A DNA stretch of 38,349 nt from a virus (IMGVR_UViG_2681813146_000009:1-38349), one strand, 5' to 3'. Counted from the stretch's first letter, positions 7,798 to 16,165 are shown. Numbers and translations: made by a program. The notes: generated by a model from the sequence alone, not told the origin.

Positions 7798-8838
7798 ATG
7801 GCTAACGCCTGGCTCAGATTATGGCATGACATGCCAAATGACCCTAAGTGGCGAACAATTGCCAGGGTGTCAGGGCAGCCAATTGCAACAGTGATGGCAG
7901 TGTATATCCACCTTCTGGTGAGCGCGTCACGAAATGTCACGACATGTCACGGCGTGTCACTACGTGGTCACATTGATGTCACGACGGAAGATTTAGCAAG
8001 TGCGCTTGATGTGACGGAAGAAGTAATTGATTCAATTTTACAGGCAATGCAGGGGCGGGTACTTGATGGTGATTTAATCACTGGATGGGAAAAACGCCAG
8101 GTGCTGAAAGAGGACAACGGCAATATTTCGCAAACCGCAAAATCTCCGGCAGAGCGCAAGAGGGCGCAGCGAGAGAGGGAAAAATTACGAAAACAGAATG
8201 AGGGGTGTCACGACGAGTCACGCATATGTCACGACATGTCACGACGAGTCACGACAGATAAAGATACAGATAAAGAATTAAACCCCACACATAACGCGCA
8301 CGTGCGCGAGAGTGCTCCGACCAGTGAGTCGAGTGGTACGCCGTTGCAGGCAGCAGAACCTGCATCCCTGGATGGACTGAGCGAACCCATCGGGAAATTT
8401 CCGATGGTCGATGACTGGCATCCGTCGCCGGATTTTCGACGACGGGCTGCGTTGTGGGGGATGGCTTTGCCGGAGCCGGAATTTACACCTGCTGAACTTG
8501 CCGCTTTCCGGGACTACTGGGCAGCGGAGGGGAAAGTTTTCACGCAGGTTCAGTGGGAGCAGAAATTCGCCCGTCACGTAAATCACGTCAGGGCGCAGGT
8601 TAAGCCAGTCAGCAAGGGGGTAAACCATGCAGCAGCACCAGGTGGCACCGCATCACGGGCAGTTCAGGAAATTCGGGCAGCACGTGAGCAGTGGGAACGT
8701 GAAAACGGATTTATCAGCGACGGAAACGGTCTGGAAGCTGTGGGAACTCATGGGGGAGGTTTATTCGAACCGCTGGACCCAGAAGAACGGGGCCGCACCT
8801 TCGAAGCTCTGGATTGCACAGATTGGCGCGATGACTGA
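7798..8838 (+). CDS. O: Replication initiator (O-like replisome organizer) containing origin iterons
   Basis: GAGG RBS before ATG 7798; two internal arrays of GTCACGAC repeats; followed by P-like gene. Confidence 0.75.
   Translation: MANAWLRLWHDMPNDPKWRTIARVSGQPIATVMAVYIHLLVSASRNVTTCHGVSLRGHIDVTTEDLASALDVTEEVIDSILQAMQGRVLDGDLITGWEKRQVLKEDNGNISQTAKSPAERKRAQREREKLRKQNEGCHDESRICHDMSRRVTTDKDTDKELNPTHNAHVRESAPTSESSGTPLQAAEPASLDGLSEPIGKFPMVDDWHPSPDFRRRAALWGMALPEPEFTPAELAAFRDYWAAEGKVFTQVQWEQKFARHVNHVRAQVKPVSKGVNHAAAPGGTASRAVQEIRAAREQWERENGFISDGNGLEAVGTHGGGLFEPLDPEERGRTFEALDCTDWRDD
7924..7986 (+). repeat. Iteron array 1: six GTCAC(G) units at about 10-11 bp periodicity
   Basis: GTCAC at 7926, 7936, 7946, 7956, 7967, 7978. 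Confidence 0.7.
8205..8255 (+). repeat. Iteron array 2: five (A/G)TGTCACGAC units followed by A-rich tract (candidate ori unwinding region)
   Basis: GTCAC at 8207, 8217, 8228, 8238, 8248; then agataaagatacagataaag. Confidence 0.7.
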
Positions 8839-9292
8839 GCAGCAAATCCGACAGGTCTGCCGCCAGTGCATGGACCGCTGCCGGGCGGGTGAAACATGGC
8901 CTCCGGACCTGGCTGAGTTTGTGGCGCTGATTTCAGAAAGCGGGGCCAATCCATTTGGCCTGACGGTGGATGCTGTGATGGAGGAGTACCGCCGCTGGCG
9001 TGATGAGTCCTGGCGATATGACGGAAGCGACAAATATCCGTGGCCTCAGCCTGTGCTGTACCACATCTGCCTCGAAATGCGTACCAGAGGGATTGAGCGC
9101 CAGATGACGCAGGGTGAGTTAAAACGACTTGCGGAACGGCAACTGACGAAATGGGCAAAGCATGTTGGTAACGGGATGAGTGTTCCGCCAGTGCGACGAC
9201 AACTGGAAGGGGCGAAACACCCGCAAGGGCCAACGCCAATTGAACGGCTGAAACAGGAATACGAACGCCGGAAGGCAGCTGGTTTTATTTGA
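8627..9292 (+). CDS. P: Replication protein P-like (helicase loader); start uncertain (8627 or later)
   Basis: Central and C-terminal similarity to lambda P by recall (KYPWPQP..., TQGELKRLAERQL...); AAGGGGG RBS before ATG 8627; overlaps O 3' end in another frame. Confidence 0.75.
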   Translation: MQQHQVAPHHGQFRKFGQHVSSGNVKTDLSATETVWKLWELMGEVYSNRWTQKNGAAPSKLWIAQIGAMTEQQIRQVCRQCMDRCRAGETWPPDLAEFVALISESGANPFGLTVDAVMEEYRRWRDESWRYDGSDKYPWPQPVLYHICLEMRTRGIERQMTQGELKRLAERQLTKWAKHVGNGMSVPPVRRQLEGAKHPQGPTPIERLKQEYERRKAAGFI

Positions 9293-9325
9293 ATCTGAGA
9301 AACGATTTTGTCGGAGGAAATTTTA

Positions 9326-10096
9326 ATGGAAACCGTATTTGACGCACTGAAAGCAATGGGAAAAGCCACATCGGTAGAACTGGCCGCGCGACTTGATATC
9401 AGTCGTGAAGAGGTTCTCAACGAGCTGTGGGAACTCAAAAGAAATGGCGTCGTTGATAAAACTGGTCACACCTGGTTTCTGGCTGGCGAAGGTGAATCCC
9501 GGGTAACCGAAGAGCGGCCAGTAAAATCTGAAGCACAGGATATGCTGACCGGGGAGGTCGAACAAAAAGTTACCGCAGACATGATGATTGAGTTTATCGG
9601 TCAGGATGGTGCTAAAACGTGTGAGGAACTGGCGGGTAAGTTCGGCGTCAGTACTCGCAAGGTTGCCTCCACGCTGGCGGTGGTAACCGCAACGGGGCGG
9701 CTGGCACGCGTTAATCAGAACGGTAAATTTCGTTACTGCATGCCGGGCGATAATTTACCAGCAGAGCCGAAAGCCGCGCTGGTAACGGAAAGTGATGGTA
9801 AGGCCTTTCCTCAGCCAGCAGGTGCTGCGTTACCAGTCCGGGAAGCCGCAACACAGGAAGAAATTAAAACAGAAACTGTGGCGGACATTGTGCAGCCGTT
9901 GCCATCGTTTACCGAAACGCAAGCAGATGAGCTGATTTTTCCGTCCCTTCGCAGGGCAAACCTGGCGCTGCGCAGGGCGAAAAGTGATGTTCAGAAGTGG
10001 GAGCGAGTCTGCGCCGCGCTGCGGGAGGTGAACAAGCACCGGGATATTGTTCGACAGATTACTGATTCTTCCCGCCGTGTTGTATCGGAAAAGTGA
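9326..10096 (+). CDS. Hypothetical nin-region protein with two winged-helix-like segments
   Basis: GGAGGAAA RBS before ATG 9326. Confidence 0.6.
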   Translation: METVFDALKAMGKATSVELAARLDISREEVLNELWELKRNGVVDKTGHTWFLAGEGESRVTEERPVKSEAQDMLTGEVEQKVTADMMIEFIGQDGAKTCEELAGKFGVSTRKVASTLAVVTATGRLARVNQNGKFRYCMPGDNLPAEPKAALVTESDGKAFPQPAGAALPVREAATQEEIKTETVADIVQPLPSFTETQADELIFPSLRRANLALRRAKSDVQKWERVCAALREVNKHRDIVRQITDSSRRVVSEK

Positions 10097-10503
10097 TTGC
10101 CGGAGGGCTTGTGGCAAAAGTTTTTACACAAGAAGAGCGGGAAAAAATTAAAGGACAGGTTCTTGAACTCGTACGCCAGAGTGGGCGCGAGACGTTACGA
10201 CAACTGGAAGCTAAAACTGGTGTCAGTAAGACCGCTATTCGTCGTTTATCTGGTGCGCTTGCGGCCAGTGGTGATGTCTGGCTCTCTGGTTGCGGGGTAT
10301 TTCCATCAGAGCAGGCGTATCGCGTATGGCGTAAGACACCGGAGAAGGCTGCTGACCCGACACTGATTCGAAAGTTACCTGACGGAGAAATACGTCGCTA
10401 CGACAGTCGCCTAAACATAATCTGTCGCGAGTGCCGGAAGAGTGAAGCTATGCAGCGTGTACTGGCTTTCTATCAGGGTAATTTTCAGGAGGCGGTACTG
10501 TGA
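10093..10503 (+). CDS. Hypothetical protein (GTG start overlapping upstream stop)
   Basis: 136-aa ORF; GTGA overlap with previous gene; HTH-like segment. Confidence 0.5.
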   Translation: MIAGGLVAKVFTQEEREKIKGQVLELVRQSGRETLRQLEAKTGVSKTAIRRLSGALAASGDVWLSGCGVFPSEQAYRVWRKTPEKAADPTLIRKLPDGEIRRYDSRLNIICRECRKSEAMQRVLAFYQGNFQEAVL

Positions 10504-10560
10504 GTGAATTTAGCTATCAGGCTTCAATTACCGCTGGCATTCGCATCAAAGGAGAGGAGC

Positions 10561-10917
10561 ATGGAAATAAAACCAGAGGATGAGTTAAGCAATATCGTTT
10601 TATTTCCGGTAAAAGAGGATGACCCTCGTAATCAGGTTAATTTTCTTTATGAGCCATCGGAAAGACCATATTGTCATCACGCCTCTGTCCGGGTTGACGA
10701 AAAAGAGCGTCAGGTCCGCTGTAAAATCTGCGGTGCAGTTGTGGAGCCATTTGACTGGATGCTCTCTGTGGCGAAAAGAGAAACCAGACTGGCAGATGAT
10801 GTAAGGCTCTTGCGTCAGGAGGAGCGGGAAAGGCGAAAAAATATAGAAAAGCTAATTCAGATTGAGCGTAACGCGAAAGCGCGGATACGCAGGGCGACAA
10901 AATCCAGAACTGAATAA
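10561..10917 (+). CDS. Hypothetical protein with CHH...CxxC zinc-ribbon-like motif
   Basis: AGGAGAGGAG RBS before ATG 10561. Confidence 0.6.
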   Translation: MEIKPEDELSNIVLFPVKEDDPRNQVNFLYEPSERPYCHHASVRVDEKERQVRCKICGAVVEPFDWMLSVAKRETRLADDVRLLRQEERERRKNIEKLIQIERNAKARIRRATKSRTE

Positions 10918-11010
10918 TTAAATTTAGCTCTGTTAAAAATTTAATCCTTAACCGGAGGGATTTCTGCACCCTCAGAACATCAGGAGGCCGCCCGAAAGGG
11001 CGGTAGTTAA

Positions 11011-11193
11011 ATGCGAAAGTTTAAAATAATTATTGAAACGGGAATAGCCGGTGGAGATTTCGAGGATGAATTCGAAGTGGATGATGATGCGACGCCTGAT
11101 GAAATACATGACGAAGCAAAAGATATTTTCTTTAACTACTGCAATTACTCATATCACGAAATAAAAGACAAAGAGGAAGAACAAAATGGCTGA
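11011..11193 (+). CDS. Hypothetical small acidic protein (60 aa)
   Basis: ORF preceded by SD-hairpin arrangement; acidic composition. Confidence 0.45.
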   Translation: MRKFKIIIETGIAGGDFEDEFEVDDDATPDEIHDEAKDIFFNYCNYSYHEIKDKEEEQNG

Positions 11194-11362
11194 TTTTGGT
11201 TCAACTAAATACAACGTCAGTTTTGAAGAATGGCATGAACTGTTAATGGACTATGCAGAGTTACGTGGTGGCAGTGCTGCTGATGCTGAAGCATGGCGTG
11301 ATGATTATGAAGCAGGAAAAACTCCGGTCGAAGCATATTGTGATGAGTGGGGCGATGAATGA
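11186..11362 (+). CDS. Hypothetical small acidic protein (58 aa)
   Basis: Manual translation MADFGSTKYNVSFEEWHELL...; GAGGAAGAA RBS; overlaps upstream stop. Confidence 0.45.
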   Translation: MADFGSTKYNVSFEEWHELLMDYAELRGGSAADAEAWRDDYEAGKTPVEAYCDEWGDE

Positions 11363-11616
11363 GCGAGGTTAATTATCAGGAAGGGCATGAAACGGCGGGG
11401 CAAGCAAAAACAGTGGCATGGCGATATCGCTACGTGAAAAAAAAGGCGTTACGGACTTTCAGGGGAAGTAGTGGTCTGGTGACTGGAAATATGTACCGAA
11501 AAAAGAGGATTGTAACGACAGGCCGAACTATGAAATTCAGGCCTTATTCACTGCCCCGCCAGTCCCGGTTACATCAGAAGAACTGGTTAAAGCTGTGCAC
11601 TTTTATGAACAACTAA
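11359..11616 (+). CDS. Questionable basic ORF; region may be a decayed gene
   Basis: ATGA overlap with upstream gene but highly basic low-complexity product; an alternative frame has protein-like sequence without start codon. Confidence 0.25.
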   Translation: MSEVNYQEGHETAGQAKTVAWRYRYVKKKALRTFRGSSGLVTGNMYRKKRIVTTGRTMKFRPYSLPRQSRLHQKNWLKLCTFMNN

Positions 11617-11845
11617 AACGCGAAAATCCACCAGCATCCGGAAACCTGATTACAGATTCCCAGATAAGGCAATGAGCTACCTGGCGCAGAACGGGCTGAT
11701 AAGTATGGGGAATGTTTTACGATGAATATTTAGACTAAAGAGTTTGTAACGCTATGTAAGTGATTTTTTCTGGTTTAGATATTTATATGTCCGGCCAAAC
11801 TGAGGTGTGTTTAAATGTAATTGCACATTGATTGTAGGAGGAATA

Positions 11846-12025
11846 ATGAAAAACGCATTGCAGTTTTTGTTTGTTGCGTTCTGGTTGTTCGTATCATGTA
11901 TGCCCATCATCTTCACAGCAAGGTATATGGAAAAAGTTGATGTTTTGATATTAATATTTGGATATATAAATGCCCTTTTTTTAGGGGTGTTCATGGCGGT
12001 CATGTGCATTGAATACTGGCGGTAA
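11846..12025 (+). CDS. Small hydrophobic membrane protein (59 aa)
   Basis: Strong AGGAGG RBS before ATG 11846; AT-rich; upstream of hok-family gene. Confidence 0.55.
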   Translation: MKNALQFLFVAFWLFVSCMPIIFTARYMEKVDVLILIFGYINALFLGVFMAVMCIEYWR

Positions 12026-12227
12026 ATACAGCGAACGCCATTGGTTTAGTTGGATATTTACTGTGCCGGACAAAAACGGTTTGCGGGGAAATCTTAGTTA
12101 AGTAGAATGACTGCGGGTGCTTGAGGCTATCTGTCTCAGGCATGAACACCAAAAGGCAGATAGAGAAAAGCCCCAGTTAACATTACGCGTCCTGCAAGAC
12201 GCTTAACATTAATCTGAGGCCATATCT

Positions 12228-12287
12228 ATGCGACACATAGAGATTAGCCTCTTACGGACCGAAAGGTCAAGGAGAAGCAGGCTATGA
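12228..12287 (+). CDS. Short leader ORF overlapping hok start (mok-like coupling element, tentative)
   Basis: 19-codon ORF with TGAGG upstream; stop overlaps hok ATG as ATGA. Confidence 0.3.
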   Translation: MRHIEISLLRTERSRRSRL

Positions 12288-12439
12288 AGCAGCAAAAGGC
12301 GATGTTAATCGCCCTGATCGTCATCTGTTTAACCGTCATAGTGACGGCACTGGTAACGAGGAAAGACCTCTGCGAGGTACGAATCCGAACCGGCCAGACG
12401 GAGGTCGCTGTCTTCACAGCTTACGAACCTGAGGAGTAA
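12284..12439 (+). CDS. hok: Hok/Gef family type I toxin (HokD/RelF-like)
   Basis: 51-aa ORF MKQQKAMLIALIVICLTVIVTALVTRKDLCEVRIRTGQTEVAVFTAYEPEE; AAGGAGAAG RBS. Confidence 0.85.
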   Translation: MKQQKAMLIALIVICLTVIVTALVTRKDLCEVRIRTGQTEVAVFTAYEPEE

Positions 12440-12509
12440 GAGACCTGGCGGGGGAGAAATCCCTCGCCACCTCTGATGTGTCAGGCATCCTCAACGCACC
12501 CGCACTTAA

Positions 12510-12534
12510 CCCGCTTCGGCGGGTTTTGTTTTTT
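12510..12534 (+). terminator. Rho-independent terminator after hok (CCCGC-TTCG-GCGGG stem-loop plus T-run)
   Basis: Hairpin with UUCG tetraloop followed by TTTTGTTTTTT. Confidence 0.75.
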
Positions 12535-12606
12535 CCTGGCATTCTGGTTTACAATTCGCACGTCAGCCTGAACACCTGACACCTGCTGCGCCAGCAGAGA
12601 AAACAG

Positions 12607-12879
12607 ATGGCGCACAAAACCAAATTTCACAATTCTGATACCGACCTTGCCATCCGGCATGAGCGGCGTTCACACGCATTTAAAACCGACTGGTACCAAC
12701 ACCCACCATGTACTGAAGAACAGGCCGAATGGCTGATTCATTCTTACCGCAGGCGCGGGTTCGAGGTTAAGAAAGCTCTCAGTCTCGACTATCGGCACTG
12801 GATAATCTCTGTCAGGCTGCCTTATTCCGAACGCCCACCACGTCCGTCCCGCACTTTCCAGCAACGGATCTGGAGGTAA
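12607..12879 (+). CDS. Small protein upstream of ydfU-like gene (Rem-like position, tentative)
   Basis: 90-aa ORF; synteny with Qin rem-ydfU by recall. Confidence 0.55.
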   Translation: MAHKTKFHNSDTDLAIRHERRSHAFKTDWYQHPPCTEEQAEWLIHSYRRRGFEVKKALSLDYRHWIISVRLPYSERPPRPSRTFQQRIWR

Positions 12880-12880
12880 C

Positions 12881-13939
12881 GTGCGGGTATTACTTAGACC
12901 TGTTCTGGTGCCTGAGCTTGGGCTGGTGGTCCTTAAGCCGGGCCGTGAATCCATACAGATATTTCATAATCCTCGAGTGCTGGTGGAGCCGGAACCGAAA
13001 AGCATGTGCGGCCTGCCATCCGGAGTCGTCCCTGCCGTTCGCCAGCCGCTGGCGGAGGATAAATCATTACTGCCATTTTTCAGCAATGAGCGTGTGATTC
13101 GTGCTGCTGGCGGCGCTGGTGCACTGTCTGACTGGCTGTTGCGCCATATTAAATCCTGCCAGTGGCCACACGGTGATTATCACCACAGTGAAACCGTCAT
13201 TCACCGTTATGGTACCGGCGCAATGGTGTTGTGCTGGCACTGCGACAACCAGTTGTGTGACCAGACCTCAGAATCACTTGAGCAACTTGCTCACCAAAAC
13301 TTGTCAGCATGGATGATTGACGTCATCCGTCACGCAATCAGCGGTACGCAGGAGAGGGAGTTATCGCTGGCCGAATTATCCTGGTGGGCGGTCTGCAATC
13401 AGGTGGCTGATGCGCTTCCGGAGTCTGTATTGTGTCGTTCACTGGGATTACCGGTGGAAAAAATCCGCTCCGTATACCGTGAGAGTGACATCGTACCGGG
13501 AGAACAGACTGCCACCAGCATACTGAAGCAGCGCACAAAAAATATTGCGCTGCCACTTCACGTCCACCAGCAACAGCCCCCACTCCAGGAAAAGACGTTA
13601 GTAAGCATCGCCGTTGATCCGGAGTCTCCGGCTCAGTATCTCCAGCGCCAGAAACCACAACGGGAAGAGATGCCTGTATACACGCGCTGGGTAAAAACGC
13701 AGAAATGCATGACGTGCGGTAATCAGGCAGATGATCCGCATCACATCATTGATCATGGCCTGGGAGGTATGGGAACAAAGGCTGATGATTTGTTTGTTAT
13801 TCCGCTGTGCCGTAAATGTCATAACGAACTGCACGCCGGGGTAAAAGATTTTGAAGAAAAACACGGCAGCCAGCTGTTGTTGCTGATTCGTTTTTTAATG
13901 CACGCGAGAAATTCGGGTGTCCTGAAGTGGAAAGCATGA
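12881..13939 (+). CDS. ydfU: DUF968/YdfU-like protein with C-terminal HNH-like Cys/His motif
   Basis: 352-aa ORF, GTG start with GGAGG RBS; CMTCG...HHIIDHG...CRKCHNELH motif. Confidence 0.7.
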   Translation: MRVLLRPVLVPELGLVVLKPGRESIQIFHNPRVLVEPEPKSMCGLPSGVVPAVRQPLAEDKSLLPFFSNERVIRAAGGAGALSDWLLRHIKSCQWPHGDYHHSETVIHRYGTGAMVLCWHCDNQLCDQTSESLEQLAHQNLSAWMIDVIRHAISGTQERELSLAELSWWAVCNQVADALPESVLCRSLGLPVEKIRSVYRESDIVPGEQTATSILKQRTKNIALPLHVHQQQPPLQEKTLVSIAVDPESPAQYLQRQKPQREEMPVYTRWVKTQKCMTCGNQADDPHHIIDHGLGGMGTKADDLFVIPLCRKCHNELHAGVKDFEEKHGSQLLLLIRFLMHARNSGVLKWKA

Positions 13940-14302
13940 ATGACTGAACGCATAGAATTTGTTTTGCCTTACCCGCCGACGGTGAATACCTACTGGCGAC
14001 GTCATGGCAATACGTATTTCATCTCGGAGGCCGGAAAGCGTTATCGCCGTGATGTGGCGCTAATTGTTCGCCAGCAGCGGCTGAAATTAAACCTGTCCGG
14101 AAGGCTGGCGATAAAGGTGATTGCAGAGCCACCGGATAAGCGTCGTCGCGACCTGGACAATATCCTGAAAGCACCGCTGGATGCGCTGACGCATGCGGGA
14201 GTGTTAATGGACGATGAGCAGTTTGATGAAATCAATATCGTTCGTGGTCAGCCAGTATCTGGTGGACGTCTGGGGGTGAAGATTTACCCCATAATGCATT
14301 AA
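13940..14302 (+). CDS. rusA: Holliday junction resolvase RusA
   Basis: 120-aa ORF with RusA-like motifs (YPPTVNTYWR, RRDLDN); start abuts upstream stop. Confidence 0.85.
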   Translation: MTERIEFVLPYPPTVNTYWRRHGNTYFISEAGKRYRRDVALIVRQQRLKLNLSGRLAIKVIAEPPDKRRRDLDNILKAPLDALTHAGVLMDDEQFDEINIVRGQPVSGGRLGVKIYPIMH

Positions 14303-14316
14303 GAGCAGGTCAAAAA

Positions 14317-15138
14317 ATGAAACTGGAAGATTTACCGAAATACTACTCCCCAAAATCCCCTGGCCTGACCGATGCATCGGCCTCAACGTCAAAAGATGCG
14401 CTGAGTATCACTGATGTGATGGCCGCGCAGGGCATGACACAGAATCGGGCTGAGATGGGTTTTTCTGCGTTCCTGGGGAAAATGGGCATCAGTATGAATG
14501 ACAGGGCGCGGGCAACAGAATTACTGGCAGATTATGCACTCAGTCGGTGCGATCGTGTGGCGGCGTTGAGAAAACTTCCGGCAGAAATAAAACCGGTAGT
14601 GATGCGCATTATGGCTTCGTACGCTTTTGAGGATTATGCCCGCAGCGCAGCGAGTAAAAAGCAGTGCCCTTGTTGCTATGGGGAAAAATTTATTGAAAGC
14701 GTAGTTTTTACAAACAAGGTCCAGTATCCGGATGGTAAGCCGCCGGTATGGGCAAAGTGTACGAAAGGTGTGTATTCGTCTTACTGGGAAGAATGGAAAA
14801 AAGTCAGGGAGGTGGTAAAAGTTGCCTGTCCGGAGTGTGGCGGAAAGGGTGAGGTTTCCACCGCCTGTAAGGATTGCCGTGGGCGTGGTGTCGCCATTCA
14901 TCGTGAAGAGTCGGTAAAACGTGGTATGCCTGTTATCAGAGACTGCCAGCGTTGTGGTGGTCGTGGCTATGAAAGACTACCATCAACGGAGGCATTTAAT
15001 GCTATATGCGAGGTGACAAACCAGATAACACGCGCGTCATGGGAAAAAACAGTTAAGAAATTCTATGATGCGCTGGTGACCCGGTTTGATATTGAAGAAG
15101 CATGGGCTGAGCGGCAGTTAAAAAAGGTAACTAGGTAA
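14317..15138 (+). CDS. Q: Late-gene antiterminator Q (Cys-rich zinc-binding type)
   Basis: 273-aa ORF with multiple CxxC pairs; immediately upstream of PR'-like promoter, terminator and tRNAs. Confidence 0.75.
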   Translation: MKLEDLPKYYSPKSPGLTDASASTSKDALSITDVMAAQGMTQNRAEMGFSAFLGKMGISMNDRARATELLADYALSRCDRVAALRKLPAEIKPVVMRIMASYAFEDYARSAASKKQCPCCYGEKFIESVVFTNKVQYPDGKPPVWAKCTKGVYSSYWEEWKKVREVVKVACPECGGKGEVSTACKDCRGRGVAIHREESVKRGMPVIRDCQRCGGRGYERLPSTEAFNAICEVTNQITRASWEKTVKKFYDALVTRFDIEEAWAERQLKKVTR

Positions 15139-15143
15139 CAAGG

Positions 15144-15171
15144 TTGATTTTTCCGGAATCTGTGGTAAATT
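15144..15171 (+). promoter_or_regulatory. Candidate late promoter PR' (-35 TTGATT, 16-nt spacer, -10 TAAATT); qut expected nearby
   Basis: Sigma70-like hexamers directly after Q. Confidence 0.45.
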
Positions 15172-15220
15172 CGTCATAACAATGGGCTTTTTATGCCTGG
15201 CGTTAGAAGAGTTTCTACAA

Positions 15221-15242
15221 CCCGCCGCCGAGCGGGTTTTTT
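15221..15242 (+). terminator. Rho-independent terminator (tR'-like): CCCGC-CGCCGA-GCGGG plus T-run
   Basis: GC stem-loop followed by TTTTTT. Confidence 0.7.
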
Positions 15243-15281
15243 ATTGCGGAATTAATTACGGACCGTTATTATTCTGCTCCC

Positions 15282-15357
15282 GGCCCTTTAGCTCAGTGGT
15301 GAGAGCGAGCGACTCATAATCGCCAGGTCGCTGGTTCAAATCCAGCAAGGGCCACCA
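15282..15357 (+). tRNA. ileZ: tRNA-Ile2 (anticodon CAT, lysidine type; ileZ-like) with encoded CCA
   Basis: Manual cloverleaf: acceptor GGCCCTT/AAGGGCC, anticodon loop CTCATAA, T-loop GGTTCAAATCC; close to recalled E. coli tRNA-Ile2. Confidence 0.8.
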
Positions 15358-15457
15358 TCACAAACCGCCATTAGCTTATCAGGAAGAGCAGACGACACGA
15401 TAACAGGGTTGTTGGTGCGGGGGCGGGTCCCCGATGGCGGTCCATTATCGGTATTCA

Positions 15458-15531
15458 GCGTTGTTAGCTCAGCCGGACAGAGCAATTGCCTTCTAAGCAA
15501 TCGGTCACTGGTTCGAATCCAGTACAGCGCG
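15458..15531 (+). tRNA. tRNA-Arg (anticodon TCT; argN/argO-like)
   Basis: Manual cloverleaf: acceptor GCGTTGT/ACAGCGC, anticodon loop CTTCTAA, T-loop GGTTCGAATCC. Confidence 0.75.
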
Positions 15532-15644
15532 CTATATTCATTCTTCCAGATTCCTTCCGGCAGAGCCTTATACTGAAATATACCTGGCTCAGGATATTGT
15601 TGAAAATATTTTATGTTTGTCAAAAATAAAAGTTCTGTTAAGTA

Positions 15645-15998
15645 TTGATTGAGTGTTTGTTATACGGTCTAATGGTTTTTTCAGCATTAAATATTTATCA
15701 TTCATATGGTGTGGGTAGAGTGAATATTGATGAGGCGTCGGGGTGTTTCATCCTTAGGCAGCGTATTGATATAGTCAATGCAGGACGAGCAAAGGCCTTC
15801 AGCCGTTTGACAGTTTTGTTCTGTACTCCTGATCGTCTTTCGGGAAGAGACGTTATTATTCTGAATAGTGATGCTATACAGAGGGTTTGCGATGAGTTCA
15901 TGGTTGCTAATTCAGAATTATTTGCTCTTGTTCAGGAGTACAACAGAATAGCCAGTACCTGTGGTATGGATGAACTTCGGATTACTCATCTGGGGTAG
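15645..15998 (+). CDS. Hypothetical ORF in AT-rich island; start uncertain (TTG 15645, ATG 15672 or GTG 15720), may be non-functional
   Basis: No convincing RBS; AT-rich. Confidence 0.25.
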   Translation: MIECLLYGLMVFSALNIYHSYGVGRVNIDEASGCFILRQRIDIVNAGRAKAFSRLTVLFCTPDRLSGRDVIILNSDAIQRVCDEFMVANSELFALVQEYNRIASTCGMDELRITHLG

Positions 15999-16078
15999 AT
16001 ACATATCTGGATTATCACTTGTTACGGTAAAAAGTGATTGCTTACTGTTTTTGTGAGTGGCATTGCAGCAGCCGGATA

Positions 16079-16165
16079 ATGTCAGTGCTGGCTGACGGTG
16101 TGCTGGTGGCGGGTGTGGTGGTTGTTGCTTTCCCGTTGCTGAAAAAGAAAACGCCAGACTGTTAG
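16079..16165 (+). CDS. Possible 28-aa hydrophobic peptide MSVLADGVLVAGVVVVAFPLLKKKTPDC
   Basis: Manual translation; weak RBS; hydrophobic core plus KKK resembles small membrane toxin peptides. Confidence 0.2.
   Translation: MSVLADGVLVAGVVVVAFPLLKKKTPDC

Noticed and set aside
7924-8255. Possible CRISPR array suggested by short direct repeats
   Set aside because: Repeats are about 10 bp with no spacers, lie inside a coding gene and behave as replication-origin iterons; no cas genes in the window.
8748-9239. 163-aa and 90-aa minus-strand ORFs inside the P-like gene
   Set aside because: Antisense to a gene with recognisable lambda P similarity; Ser/Pro/Arg-rich composition.
11752-12009. 85-aa minus-strand ORF opposite the small membrane protein gene
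   Set aside because: Antisense to an ORF with a perfect RBS; AT-rich low-complexity translation.
15358-15457. Third tRNA between the two called tRNAs
   Set aside because: No acceptor/T-arm pairing or canonical T-loop could be found by eye; at most a decayed remnant.
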